Below, in pieces: positions 1 through 10,689 of a stretch of DNA of 64,000 nucleotides (within the stretch, counting starts at the first letter, position 1; every line of letters starts with the position of its first letter). Below the pieces are notes generated by a model. The model was not told the DNA's origin, made no database searches, and worked only from the letters and a program-made list of their open reading frames with translations. Position numbers and translations under genes: made by a program. Source of the stretch: Methanomethylovorans hollandica DSM 15978 (lineage in GTDB: Archaea > Halobacteriota > Methanosarcinia > Methanosarcinales > Methanosarcinaceae); assembly GCF_000328665.1 (NCBI RefSeq), contig NC_019972.1:1-64000 (forward strand), read 5' to 3'.

Positions 1-341
1 TTGTCTATTTTTTTATTTTGTTAACTTATATCATTTTGGTAAATATACACTTGTTTGCCAATGTAATAGTAATTTCATTTTATCCCAGATAATATTCTTC
101 GTATATTATAAACCCAAATAATATCCTTGTCTGTTTTTCATAGATTTTTATTATATTTAAATATTCCGTATAACTTGTATATCAAAAAACGATTTTTACA
201 AAATAAGAAATACTTGTTACATTAGCAATGTAGTGTACATACACTTACGTTGGTATTATTGGTTACATTGGTTACAAAGACCAATTAGATTTATATATTA
301 GTATATACATGTGTTAAATAAAAAAAGTATGAAGGAATAAG

Positions 342-1604
342 ATGGCTGAAAATACAGTTGATGTAAATAAAATACTGTTTAGTGGCTCAGTATTTTTAAA
401 TCCTGATGCTGTGTCGCCAGGATATAAACCTAAATCTATAAATGAAGTCATGCATCGAGTTGATTTTATCGAAGCATATACTACACATTTTAAGAAAACT
501 GTAATGGGTTTTGATTCTTCTAATCTTCTTGTATTTGGTAAAACTGGAACTGGAAAAACAATGGTTACTAAGTTAATGATGCAAGTTATTAGTGAAGCTG
601 CACTTCAAAATGGTATTGAAGTTTTTCCTGTTTTTGTTAATTGTAATGTTACTTATTCTGATACGATGGTTCTGCGTTTCCTTATAACACAATTTGAGGA
701 AAAATTGGATTTACCTCATGAAAAATTAGTGAATAATTTTTCAGAATACTATAATCGTTTGACATATCTAATGACTAAATATGGAAAAAGCATCATTATT
801 ATCTTTGATGAGATAGATAAACTTACAAATCCCGATATCATAAATAATTTTTTACGTATTAAAGAAAATGATGATATGAAGCGCAATGTGTGTATTGTGG
901 GAATATCAAATAGTTTATATTTCACAAAAAACCTTGATCCGCGTACGAAAAGTGCTTTATCACAAACAGAAATAACAGTTGAGCCATATGATGCAGTTCA
1001 ACTTGAAGAGATATTATGCTATCGTGCGAAATTGGCTTTTAAAGATGGAGTAATTGATGATATGGTTATTCCTTTATGTGCCGCACTTGCAGCTCAAGAA
1101 CATGGAGATGCTAGAAGGGCTATAGATCTTCTAAGAGTATCTGGTGATATTGCGGATATGAGAGGAGATAAGATTATCCAATCAGAGCATGTTCGTGAAG
1201 CAAATACAAAAATTGATTCTGATAAAACGAAGAGAGTTGTTACTCGCCTTACTCCCCAATCGAAGACAGCGTTTCTTTCATCATTGTTGTTATTAAATAA
1301 GCCAGGAACAAACACTGTAATTACTAGTGATATTTATAATGTTTATTTACAAGTGTGTGAACAAATTGGAATCGATGTATTAAGTGCACGTCGGTTTAAT
1401 GATTTGATTGGTGAGCTCTCTATGTTAGAGCTACTTTATACAAAGAAAACTTCACGGGGAAGAGGAAAAGGGGTCGTGAATATGGTTGGTATTGATGTTA
1501 ATCTCGATTCCAATATAATTTTCGATTGGATATATGAAGATTCTCAATTTTATAGTATGAATGGCAGAAAGCAATTGACTATTTATAATCAATTAAAGTT
1601 TTGA
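342..1604 (+). CDS. cdc6: Orc1/Cdc6 replication initiator
   Basis: Walker A GKTGTGKT, Walker B IIFDEID, LDPRTKS, YDAVQLEEIL, HGDARRAIDLL and a C-terminal winged helix; directly beside a tandem repeat array. Confidence 0.95.
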   Translation: MAENTVDVNKILFSGSVFLNPDAVSPGYKPKSINEVMHRVDFIEAYTTHFKKTVMGFDSSNLLVFGKTGTGKTMVTKLMMQVISEAALQNGIEVFPVFVNCNVTYSDTMVLRFLITQFEEKLDLPHEKLVNNFSEYYNRLTYLMTKYGKSIIIIFDEIDKLTNPDIINNFLRIKENDDMKRNVCIVGISNSLYFTKNLDPRTKSALSQTEITVEPYDAVQLEEILCYRAKLAFKDGVIDDMVIPLCAALAAQEHGDARRAIDLLRVSGDIADMRGDKIIQSEHVREANTKIDSDKTKRVVTRLTPQSKTAFLSSLLLLNKPGTNTVITSDIYNVYLQVCEQIGIDVLSARRFNDLIGELSMLELLYTKKTSRGRGKGVVNMVGIDVNLDSNIIFDWIYEDSQFYSMNGRKQLTIYNQLKF

Positions 1605-1641
1605 TTTCTTCATTGAATCAATATCCTGCTACTATTTTCAT

Positions 1642-2630
1642 ATTTACATTGGCAATGAAGTGTCTACGTTTGTTGATTTTCATATTTACATTATCAATTC
1701 TATCTCTTTAAGTCTACTGGTATTGTTTTTACATTGGCAATAAGGTGTCTAGGAATTATTTACAAATTTACATTGGCAATGAAGTGTCTACGTTTGTTGA
1801 TTTTCATATTTACATTATCAATTCTATCTCTTTCAGTCTAATGGTATTGTTTTTACATTGGCAATAAGGTGTCTAGGAATTATTTACAAATTTACATTGG
1901 CAATGAAATGTCTATTGTTGTTGATTTTCATATTTACATTATTAATTCTATCTCTTTCAGTCTACTGGTATTGTTTTTACATTGGCAATAAGGTGTCTTG
2001 GGATTATTTACAAATTTACATTGGCAATGAAGTGTCTACGTTTGTTGATTTTCATATTTACATTATCAATTCTATCTCTTTAAGTCTACTGGTATTGTTT
2101 TTACATTGGCAATAAGGTGTCCTGGGATTATTTACAAATTTACATTGGCAATGAAGTGTCTACGGTTGTTGATTTTCATATTTACATTATCAATTCTATA
2201 TCTTTCAGTCTACTGGTATTGTTTTTACATTGGCAATAAGGTGTCCTGGGATTATTTACAAATTTACATTGGCAATGAAGTGTCTATTGTTGTTGATTTT
2301 CATATTTACATTATCTATTCTATCTCTTTCAGTCTACTGGTATTGTTTTTACATTGGCAATAAGGTGTCCTGGGATTATTTACAAATTTACATTGGCAAT
2401 GAAGTGTCTACGGTTGTTGATTTTCATATTTACATTATCAATTCTATCTCTTTCAGTCTAATGGTATTGTTTTTACATTGGCAATAAGGTGTCTAGGGAT
2501 TATTTACAAATTTACATTGGCAATGAAGTGTCTACGGTTGTTGATTTTCATATTTACATTATCAATTCTGTCTCTTTCAGTTTACTGGTATTGTTTTTAC
2601 ATTAGCAATAAGGCGTCTAGGGATTATTTA
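1642..2630. repeat. 8 tandem ~124-bp direct repeats, probable replication origin (iteron array)
   Basis: CATTGGCAATGAA recurs at 1647, 1771, 1895, 2019, 2143, 2267, 2391 and 2515 (period 124); each unit has three TTTACATT(GG/AT)CAAT boxes. Confidence 0.9.
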
Positions 2631-4937
2631 TCTTAAAAATAGATTACGAAGTATCTTTGCTATAATGCTTCTAACCGTGATTTTTGGCTTATTCTCTTCC
2701 ATTGCTAATAATTCAGTATTCGGTGTTTCAACTACTTTTTCTTGCTCAATTTCTGTTATCAGCATATCTTTTTTTGTTTCTGTTTGTTGTTTTTTCTGAG
2801 CTTCAATTTCATCTATTACTTTGAATAGGTCATAATCAATACCAAGGGAGTTAAAAATCTCAATGGATTTATTGAGTCCAAGTATTTCAATAACATCTTT
2901 TAGTGGCATTGTTTTTAAGATGTCAAGTGAATCGATTTTGTTATCATACAGCTTTTTGGATGATAATCTGTCAATGGATGTTGTTGTCATCAGAGCAAGC
3001 ATTTCATTGTTAGCACCCTTTTCAAGCATTTTCTCAATATCAGAGACAGTGCTTGTCCAGATGTTCTCTTGCATTTCCATGATTTTCCGGGAAGCGTAGA
3101 CTAACCATTTTGCTGTTGATATGGTGTTTTTCAGATCGCCTTCTCCAATTTTATAGTTCCTCATTATTGTTTCTATTGGAGTTCCATTAATCCATTCCAT
3201 TAGCATTAGAGCTGTTTTAATGCTTCCTATTTCCTGCGGGGTGATCTGGTTTATTTTGGTTGCATTTATCCACGGAATTTCGTTACTTCTTTCGATGATG
3301 ATATTTTCAATATTCTTCCTTTCGTCTGCAGTAAAGGAAGTGTTTTTCATATTTGGAGTCGAACATATTATACTCATCAAATTGAAGGGAGTAATGAATA
3401 ATGATTTTTCAATCTTGCTTGTTATTATAGATGCTGTTTCCGGGTAGATATATACTACGGATACCATTTTCCCAAAAGGAGTGGATTCTATCCTATCGCA
3501 TATTTCAATCATTTTTCTTCGATGCAGTACTTTAATACATTTCGTTGTTAAGTTCTCAAAATCAGCATCTGGGTTCTGGAATCCAAACAATGTTTTCCGG
3601 AGGAAGTGATTGATATCTTCGAGTGTATTGGCGAATTTGTTATTTATTGTAGCTAATAAATGAGTTTCAAAGTGGTTCTCTTGTGCTAGATTTGATATAA
3701 CAAGCTCTGCCTGTGCATTGATAAACGTTGCTTTGAGTTTTTCTATATCCTTTTCAGATTCAGCTATGAGTACGCTTTCTCCATATGGATCAAGATGTGG
3801 TCTTCCTGCTCTTCCGGCCATTTGTTTATAATCAAGTACGGGAATTGGACATCTTCCCTGGCCAGGATTGAATCTTTTGTAATTTCTTATAATTACTCTT
3901 CTTGCTGGTAAGTTAAGGCCTGCAGCTAGAGTGGGTGTGCAGGTTATTATTTTAATTAATCCATTCTTGAATCCTGATTCTACGATATCTCTTTGTTTTT
4001 CATTCAGGCCTGCATGGTGAAAAGCAACTCCATTTCTGATGCATTCGGATAAGATAGGGTTAGACTGTTCTTCTCTATCGAGTTCAATAGATAGTTTGTT
4101 GAGTTCTTCCCTATTCTTTTCAGTAATTAGTGGAGAGATATGCTTACTGAGTTTCTTTGCAAAATCAGAACAGCTGTTTCGACTTGTTTCGAATACAAGG
4201 CACTGCCCTCCGATATTTACGGTATCGATAGCAATATTTATTGAAGGATCATTAGTTATTGGATTTATATCAATACTGTACTTACTGAATTGTATCTTGT
4301 TCTGGAAAAAGATACCTTCTCTAAGGTCTGCTGGTCTCCAATCTGTAGTAATTAGTTCAGATTGAAGCCACCTTGCGACTTCTTCTGCATTTCCAACTGT
4401 TGCTGATAGACTGACAAATTGGATTTGAGAGTTTTTTTCTCTAAGCTTGGTCGTTACCATTTCGAGAGTAGGGCCTCTGGTCTTACATGCAAGAAGATGA
4501 ACTTCATCAATAACAACGCATGTAACATCATCAATCCAGGATGCTTCTGATCGTAGCAGAGAGTCTGCTTTTTCAGCGGTGCAAACGATGATATTACATT
4601 TTTCAAGCCACCTATTATCAGTGTTGTAGTCACCGGAAGCAATACCAGGGTTTATTCCAAGAGGAACAAAATCCTTAAAAGAGGTGTATTTCTCTTTTGC
4701 AAGAGCTCTAAGGGGAACAATGTACATTGCTTTCTTCCCTTTAGATATTGCTTTTAGCATTGCAAGTTCTGCAAGAAATGTCTTTCCGCTTGCAGTTGGA
4801 ATTGCACAAAAAACATTTTTTCCTTTAAGTAAACCCTTTTCCATACACTCTGCTTGTGGAGGATATAGGGTTGTATATCCTTTGTTCAAGTAAAAATCGA
4901 TGTAATTCTGTGGAAGGTCGAGTGTATTTATGTCCAT
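2628..4937 (-). CDS. hel308: Ski2-like SF2 helicase (Hel308 family)
   Basis: PTASGKT, IDEVH, LSAT, GVAFHHAGL, TPTLAAGLNLPARRV and QMAGRAGRP motifs; start placed at MDINTL (4937) after a GGAG RBS. Confidence 0.92.
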   Translation of the reverse strand: MDINTLDLPQNYIDFYLNKGYTTLYPPQAECMEKGLLKGKNVFCAIPTASGKTFLAELAMLKAISKGKKAMYIVPLRALAKEKYTSFKDFVPLGINPGIASGDYNTDNRWLEKCNIIVCTAEKADSLLRSEASWIDDVTCVVIDEVHLLACKTRGPTLEMVTTKLREKNSQIQFVSLSATVGNAEEVARWLQSELITTDWRPADLREGIFFQNKIQFSKYSIDINPITNDPSINIAIDTVNIGGQCLVFETSRNSCSDFAKKLSKHISPLITEKNREELNKLSIELDREEQSNPILSECIRNGVAFHHAGLNEKQRDIVESGFKNGLIKIITCTPTLAAGLNLPARRVIIRNYKRFNPGQGRCPIPVLDYKQMAGRAGRPHLDPYGESVLIAESEKDIEKLKATFINAQAELVISNLAQENHFETHLLATINNKFANTLEDINHFLRKTLFGFQNPDADFENLTTKCIKVLHRRKMIEICDRIESTPFGKMVSVVYIYPETASIITSKIEKSLFITPFNLMSIICSTPNMKNTSFTADERKNIENIIIERSNEIPWINATKINQITPQEIGSIKTALMLMEWINGTPIETIMRNYKIGEGDLKNTISTAKWLVYASRKIMEMQENIWTSTVSDIEKMLEKGANNEMLALMTTTSIDRLSSKKLYDNKIDSLDILKTMPLKDVIEILGLNKSIEIFNSLGIDYDLFKVIDEIEAQKKQQTETKKDMLITEIEQEKVVETPNTELLAMEENKPKITVRSIIAKILRNLFLR

Positions 4938-5007
4938 GCGTAGTTCTCCTGTAATTACATGGACTCTGTTTGTCTTTTTTTGTTCTGGGGGAGCTGGCAA
5001 AAGAAGA

Positions 5008-5184
5008 TTATATTTCGTATTCAGGCAATGGACCTGAAATCCATATATTTCTTGTATTTTCTAATAGTTCTATTGCTGAGCACAACGAGATATCAAGATC
5101 AAGTGCTTTGATTGCAATGAGTTTAGAATCTTCATTTGGAAGAACATCTAAAAGTTCATCAAATTCTTCTTGTGACCGTGGCAT
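5008..5184 (-). CDS. small hypothetical protein (58 aa, MPRSQEEFDELL...)
   Basis: Translated by hand; below the ORF-track cutoff; co-oriented with neighbours. Confidence 0.5.
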   Translation of the reverse strand: MPRSQEEFDELLDVLPNEDSKLIAIKALDLDISLCSAIELLENTRNIWISGPLPEYEI

Positions 5185-5209
5185 GTGATTTTCCTTGCGT
5201 TGATCTGTA

Positions 5210-5371
5210 TTAATTTAATATTCTCTGAGCAATCTTTTCAAGTTGACGTATATGCCCTTCCTGAAAAAGCTGTTTGATAATATCTAAAGAAAAGAGATTT
5301 GATTCATTTTCAGTGTTGAATATAAATTTCCCATATGTATCTTCAGTGAATAGCAGTATTTGTGTTGTCAT
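5210..5371 (-). CDS. small hypothetical protein (MTTQILLF...)
   Basis: Internal ATG of track ORF 5210..5437; co-oriented with the block. Confidence 0.4.
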   Translation of the reverse strand: MTTQILLFTEDTYGKFIFNTENESNLFSLDIIKQLFQEGHIRQLEKIAQRILN

Positions 5372-5514
5372 ACAAGATTCCTTATGATTTCGATTTTCTA
5401 AAATAAGATAAAAAAAGAAAGAAGATAATGATAGCAAGAGGTAGATCTATCATTGGCCGATATTTGATAGAGGCTGAAGGGTGTTTGTTTTTTTGAGAAA
5501 GGGATTACTGGATT

Positions 5515-6075
5515 TCACCCCAGTAACTTTTCAACGATTGGCTGATACTTGGCCACGATTTCAGGGGAAAGGTTGTTCTTCTCAAGTCTCTCTGAAAGGA
5601 AACCAGATAGTTCCTTGAGATAGATTTCCTGTGTTTCTGCACTTGCCGGAGTTACGGATTCTGCACGGATATTGATTATTCTTGTATGGTCTTCAGTTTC
5701 AAAGGATGTCAGCTTTCCGATGATGGAGATAATGCTGTGAATTGGTATTTCTGCAAGTTGTGCAGATGCTTCTGGCTGGTATTCTCCTGCAGTAACATAA
5801 ATTGGTCCACTGGGATCTGCTACCTTTGCTTTCCAGAATGTCTTTTCCTTTCCTATATCTTCCTTTTCCATAAGAGCTGCCACAAGGAAGACTTTGCTTG
5901 CTTCCTCACCGGTTTCTGTTACGAATATCCGGGCTTCGTTATCAAGTCCTTTGATTGGTACGGCTTCTTCAGCTATAATGTTCTTCATTTCTTCAATGGT
6001 CAGACGCTTTGCTACTGGATTGTATTGATTGCTCATGGTTATTACCTCGAAAATTTGTATGGGTTTTTTACTCAC
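5515..6075 (-). CDS. RPA-associated OB-fold protein (RPA32/RPAP-like)
   Basis: VAKR...VADPSG..VTAGEYQPEA..IIGK pattern of euryarchaeal RPA-associated proteins; overlaps the rpa stop. Confidence 0.75.
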   Translation of the reverse strand: MSKKPIQIFEVITMSNQYNPVAKRLTIEEMKNIIAEEAVPIKGLDNEARIFVTETGEEASKVFLVAALMEKEDIGKEKTFWKAKVADPSGPIYVTAGEYQPEASAQLAEIPIHSIISIIGKLTSFETEDHTRIINIRAESVTPASAETQEIYLKELSGFLSERLEKNNLSPEIVAKYQPIVEKLLG

Positions 6076-6949
6076 CCATAGGAGTTATCTCGCATGCATT
6101 CAGGTATGTGGACTTCATATCCAGCACTATTGTGGATATGTATTTCCCAACGAACATGTTGGTCTGTGCTTCTCTGACAATGCTATGGTCTAAGGCATCT
6201 GCGGCCATTGCAAGTGCAGTATCAAGGGTCATTCCGGTTATCTTTTCGGTGAGCTCTCTTCCTGCTACTATCTTAGATTCCTTGCGTCCATCATCAATGG
6301 TCAATATCAGGCGAAGATCGTATATCCCTTCTACAGTTCCATGTTGTTTACATGTTCCCTTGTAGAGAGAAGCTTCACATACCGGACATCTCTTAATGAG
6401 ACCACTTCCGGGTGCAACCTTTGTGACTATGCCGACAATTTCTTTCTTTTCGGGTACATAGTTGATTGCTTTATCAGAGACTGCAAGCTCAGATGACTTG
6501 TTGACTGATATCTGTGGATTCCCGTTGAATGGGTTGCATACAACATTCCGGAAATCGATGGTCTGTCCTTCTTCTATAAGAGGAACATTGGCTGTAGACC
6601 AGATTGTGAATATCACTGAGCCTGTTTCATCGCCTGCAACACCTTTCTGAACGATATTATTCTTCTTTTGATCAAAGATCTTGATTACCTTGAGGGTCAT
6701 ATCTACCCAAGTTCCCTCTTTCATTTTTTCAAGCTCTATGACAGTTGCTCTGGTCTTTGAGCTGGATTTTTTTATTTCAATTCCAGCATTCTTAGCATAC
6801 ATATTAAGTACAGCTATGGATGCTGTCTTTTCATCAACTTTGAAGTTTAACCTGAAAGCCTGTACTTTGCTCTCAACTTCTGCTTGTTCAACTGCGATTC
6901 CATTCTTTCCGAGTGTTTCCACTATTGCTGTTGCGTTCATTTCTCTCAC
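6068..6949 (-). CDS. rpa: Replication protein A (OB folds plus Zn finger)
   Basis: GVAGDETGSVIFTIW OB fold, GSGLIKRCPVC...CKQHG Zn finger, DLRLILTIDDG. Confidence 0.88.
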   Translation of the reverse strand: MREMNATAIVETLGKNGIAVEQAEVESKVQAFRLNFKVDEKTASIAVLNMYAKNAGIEIKKSSSKTRATVIELEKMKEGTWVDMTLKVIKIFDQKKNNIVQKGVAGDETGSVIFTIWSTANVPLIEEGQTIDFRNVVCNPFNGNPQISVNKSSELAVSDKAINYVPEKKEIVGIVTKVAPGSGLIKRCPVCEASLYKGTCKQHGTVEGIYDLRLILTIDDGRKESKIVAGRELTEKITGMTLDTALAMAADALDHSIVREAQTNMFVGKYISTIVLDMKSTYLNACEITPMGE

Positions 6950-7042
6950 CTAATTAATTCAACTACCTGTTTGTCTTTTTAACAGGGGTTTGACAATTGC
7001 ATTTGTATCTCTGGTTTTTTTGTTTGTTACCAGTTTTTGCAA

Positions 7043-7411
7043 TTACACTAAATCTTTGTTTTTTTTGACTTGATGCATTCGTTCCTTTGCTTCTGGGCTT
7101 TGAGCTCTTTCAAGCAGGCCATATTTTTCAAGAAGCTTTTCTGGCAGAGATCCATAGAAGTATTCTGACATATCTTCTTCATATCCTCCAGAATATCTCA
7201 TGGGGATGTTGGTTCCTTTCTGGAATGTCGCAGAGCATTCTGAGCAGACAAAGTCCTTGAATGAACCATGATTGTAATCAACACTAAAGGTTCCCGGGCA
7301 GATTTGTTGATGAAGTTCCAGGAAGAGTTTTTCGTTTCGTATAGGGATATCGTCTCCAAATTGCTGTCTTTTCTTTTCTGTTTCCTCTGAAAGTTTCTTG
7401 AAATCAACCAC
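7043..7411 (-). CDS. hypothetical protein with Cys/His cluster
   Basis: 122-aa ORF with GGTGA RBS and CSEC motif. Confidence 0.6.
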   Translation of the reverse strand: MVDFKKLSEETEKKRQQFGDDIPIRNEKLFLELHQQICPGTFSVDYNHGSFKDFVCSECSATFQKGTNIPMRYSGGYEEDMSEYFYGSLPEKLLEKYGLLERAQSPEAKERMHQVKKNKDLV

Positions 7412-7515
7412 TTAGATCACCACTAGTTTCCTTTGCTTTTTTTTGCTATTAGCATAAGCTAAAAGAATTGTAATGTACCCAGACCTAATATTGTTTTTTT
7501 AAAAAAAGAAAAATA

Positions 7516-7935
7516 TCAAAGTGAAAAAACCGTGAACCGATCATCGAGAATATCCTCGATAAGAGGTTTCACCTGCTCCCATTTGAGTCCACCATTGCCA
7601 CATCCGGGTTTTGAGAGTCCACAAGAAGAGTCTATAGGGAGTATATCAGCAATCTTCCTTGCAGATTCCCTGATGAGTGAGAGATCAGAAGGATCCTTCC
7701 AGTTATACTTTGTAGGGAAAGAGACTATCCTGTATTCTGGTACAATATAAGGAATATTTCCGTTCTTCCTTACATGTTCTGCAAGGATACGTGGCAGGCC
7801 AGGATATCTTAGAGATGCCTGTTTTGCAACTCCGGCACCCATGACAAGTGTTCCATTCTTCTTGATGATGCTATTGGTTGTAACAGCAGTATAATCACAA
7901 CCAGAATTCCATAGATCGCCCTGACATTCCTTCAT
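7516..7935 (-). CDS. macrodomain protein (DarG/TARG1-like ADP-ribose processing)
   Basis: GDLW, N..G.LVMGAGVAKQ, FPTK and PGCGNGGLKW motifs. Confidence 0.85.
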   Translation of the reverse strand: MKECQGDLWNSGCDYTAVTTNSIIKKNGTLVMGAGVAKQASLRYPGLPRILAEHVRKNGNIPYIVPEYRIVSFPTKYNWKDPSDLSLIRESARKIADILPIDSSCGLSKPGCGNGGLKWEQVKPLIEDILDDRFTVFSL

Positions 7936-8048
7936 AGTTATCGGAAAATTGTGTGTCTTTTTTTAAAAGCCAATAAGAGTATTATGTTAAAGTATACCTA
8001 ATATCTAATGTATTTTTTATCTATAAGGATTTAAAATCGTATTGAAAA

Positions 8049-8534
8049 TTAGATATTAATAACAATAACCTTCTTTCTTACAAGATTAAGTTTATGAATA
8101 GTGTAACATGTTCCTGAATTAGAAGATCCATCCCATACTGCAATGGCCATATCTGCATCATGAACCATAGCATCATTTCTCTGGAGGAAAGCATTTTTCG
8201 AACCTTCCTGGGAGATGATTTTTGCAACTTTACATTTTGCAAGGATTTCTCTATACCTTTCCTGTGATTTCTTTGGCCACTTTGATTCCTGGCCAGTAAA
8301 AGGGATGTAAGCATAAATTGGAATATTCTTCTCTAGACCAATCTCTGCGAACCAAGTGTCTACACCTTGAGCAAGTCCAGTGATTATCTCGATTTTAGGA
8401 TCCTCAAGAAGAAGCAGTTCCAGCTGCATAGAGAGTTCCGTTTTGATTCTCTTTGTAACAGGATTGTTTTCATCATATCCACCAAGTCTTTCTGGTCTGT
8501 GTCCTGTAATCATAACTTTCATTTCAATCACCAT
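8049..8534 (-). CDS. SLOG-superfamily protein (YspA/DUF1273-like)
   Basis: ITGHRP, TGLAQGVD, RNDAMV and AVWDG..SGT motifs. Confidence 0.85.
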   Translation of the reverse strand: MVIEMKVMITGHRPERLGGYDENNPVTKRIKTELSMQLELLLLEDPKIEIITGLAQGVDTWFAEIGLEKNIPIYAYIPFTGQESKWPKKSQERYREILAKCKVAKIISQEGSKNAFLQRNDAMVHDADMAIAVWDGSSNSGTCYTIHKLNLVRKKVIVINI

Positions 8535-8597
8535 TTATATGTATGTCTTTTTCAGGTAGATCAGGACAGATAATCTTAGAATGGTAGAATGATGATT

Positions 8598-8656
8598 GTG
8601 AACTACCCTCCCTACCATCCTTTGGATGTCGAGGAAGGAGACTTTTGCTTAAGGTA
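8598..8656 (-). mobile_element. 59-bp non-autonomous IS200/IS605 derivative (fused left and right ends)
   Basis: On the minus strand, TTTAA is followed by a left-end-like TACCTTAAGCAAAAGTCTCC joined to a right-end-like ...GGGAGGGTAGTTCAC; both match the ends of the two TnpB elements. Confidence 0.75.
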
Positions 8657-9108
8657 TTAAAAAAGAGAAAAATTAAAAAAAGAAAGTCTAAGAATGGTTT
8701 TTATCGATATTCAGGACAACAATATCTTTAGGGACTGCATTGTTAGTATTGTTTCTTTATTGTGGAAAAGGTCTTATAATGTCATTAATTCTAAAGGGTA
8801 TATTCATCAATCCAACAGAAACCTTTTCCGAATTTGATAACCTTGACTTTTGTTGCATTGATTACATTGAGTTACGTATTTGTCCTTACATACAATGCAA
8901 CTGCTCATGAATATCTGATTCTGATAGTTGACATATTTTTGGTTTTGAAATCTCCAGTATCAGCTTCTCTTTCTTTACATCTGTTACATAGTAACATAAT
9001 ATCCTCTGATTTTAATTATCTCTAATCATATAAAAGAATGATTTTTAGGAACGGAAGGGAGGATTGTGTGATTCAAATAGCAGATATACCTCCCGTTCCA
9101 GTGGTTAT

Positions 9109-10089
9109 TTAATCGTTTTTAAATGCAACAACCTGTTCGGTTGTCTTAAAATGGAGTTTTGAAACGTTTTTTAGAGCATTTGGTCCATGTGCTTTGACGA
9201 ATTTCTGTCCTGTGGATATTACATCAGTGGCACCTTTAGGGAATCTCATCTTATAATTGTTAGACATTTCATCCATACATTTCAGAAATTCTGCTCTGGC
9301 AAGTATGGAGGCAGCAGCTACAGCAACATTAGACTCAGCATGTGTTTGTTGTATAAGCTTACAGCAAGAACCAAGTGTATTTAATTCATCCTTGAGAATG
9401 TTTTCATTATGGGAAAACTGATCTACAAGAAGTGTGGTTTGGGTTGCATAAGCTTTCTTTAATTCGATGTCTATAGTAACAATTCCATTTAACCCACCTA
9501 ATAAATTCTCAATTCCAGATGCGTGTAGCCACGCTAATAATTTATTGAGATTATTAATTTCATTATACTTCTGATTGTATTCCTCAGGGAGTAGGGTCTC
9601 GATCTGATATTTCCTATGTGTCAGTAAGTTAGTAATCTTATCAGCGATATCCAGGACCTGTTCATCTGTGAGTAATTTGCAGTCCTTCACACCAATGGAT
9701 CGAAGAGTGGATTCGACTTTTCCATCGGTAATACAAACAGCTGCAGTCACTAATGGCCCGAAATAATCTCCTTTTCCAGACTCATCGCATCCGATAAGTG
9801 GATATCCGAGATTATCCTGGGAGGGTGTTGCAGTTACATAAGTAGATTCTGCAGGAGAACCTATTATTTTCCGGATTTGGTCTGCATCTTCTCCGTTACC
9901 CAACTGAGAGGCATCTATTGTAATTCCTTTCTTCTTGGATGAGTAAATTCTCAAAATCCTTGAATAGGAACCCTTGGATACAGAAAACTGAACTCCGTAG
10001 TTGATTGATTGCACATCTCCAACCCGGAATCCATTATTTATAAGATCCGTTCGAATGGTATTTGTTGTTTTTTCAAGCATTTGAATCAC
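9109..10089 (-). CDS. rnhC: Ribonuclease HIII-type RNase H
   Basis: IGCDESGKGDYFGPLV, GVKDCK, VDQF, AVAAASILAR and KLHFKT motifs, plus an N-terminal extension. Confidence 0.85.
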   Translation of the reverse strand: MIQMLEKTTNTIRTDLINNGFRVGDVQSINYGVQFSVSKGSYSRILRIYSSKKKGITIDASQLGNGEDADQIRKIIGSPAESTYVTATPSQDNLGYPLIGCDESGKGDYFGPLVTAAVCITDGKVESTLRSIGVKDCKLLTDEQVLDIADKITNLLTHRKYQIETLLPEEYNQKYNEINNLNKLLAWLHASGIENLLGGLNGIVTIDIELKKAYATQTTLLVDQFSHNENILKDELNTLGSCCKLIQQTHAESNVAVAAASILARAEFLKCMDEMSNNYKMRFPKGATDVISTGQKFVKAHGPNALKNVSKLHFKTTEQVVAFKND

Positions 10090-10255
10090 ACAGGCATATT
10101 TGCCTTTTTAGATGTGTTCGATTATCGTTGTTAGTATATAGCCTATTCCTATCGAATAGGGCATTGCTAACAATATTAAACCAATGCACAGGTTCTTTGT
10201 AGATGTTCTTTTTATTATTCTGACTATTTTCATCATATTATCACCTAAAAAAGAA

Positions 10256-10561
10256 TTATTCAAAAAGGCCAACATTGACCTTGTATATCGGTGCAGTAAT
10301 ATATCCTGATCTGACTTGTCTTACAAAATCAGTTATTATCCCTGCATCTATAAGAGCTTGAACCATTCCTTTATTTTCATCATAATCCTTGATTATAGCT
10401 TCGTCCTCTGCAAGTTGCTCTGCAGGGATGTTAATTGTAGCGGTTGCAACTGGTGCTCCATCGCAGTCATCAATTAGCTGAATAGCAATTCTGCCATTGT
10501 TATACTTCAGTTTTTCTGCAATGCAATCCCATTCACCGAACTGTACTCTAATTATTGGCAT
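10256..10561 (-). CDS. DUF4313-like protein
   Basis: Y.NGRIAIQL..G.P.ATATINI...LIDAGII...SGY..P.Y pattern; paralog of the next ORF. Confidence 0.6.
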   Translation of the reverse strand: MPIIRVQFGEWDCIAEKLKYNNGRIAIQLIDDCDGAPVATATINIPAEQLAEDEAIIKDYDENKGMVQALIDAGIITDFVRQVRSGYITAPIYKVNVGLFE

Positions 10562-10689
10562 CTTAAATCACCACAAACATATCTGCTTTTTTTGTTAGCA
10601 AATACTCCATATTCTTCAGGACCTCGTCCTAGTCTCTTGATACATTAATAAGTTCTTTCTGGATGATCAATAGGGAAGAAAAAGAAGGA

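Noticed and set aside
1642..2630. CRISPR array, or the three 85-aa ORFs at 1858-2487
   Set aside because: The whole 124-bp unit repeats with no unique spacers and there are no cas genes; the ORFs are translations of the repeat in shifting frames.
8780..8997. Cys-rich minus-strand gene starting MLLCNRCKE
   Set aside because: Stops after 30 codons, with CxxC pieces in another frame; possibly a pseudogene but too weak to call.
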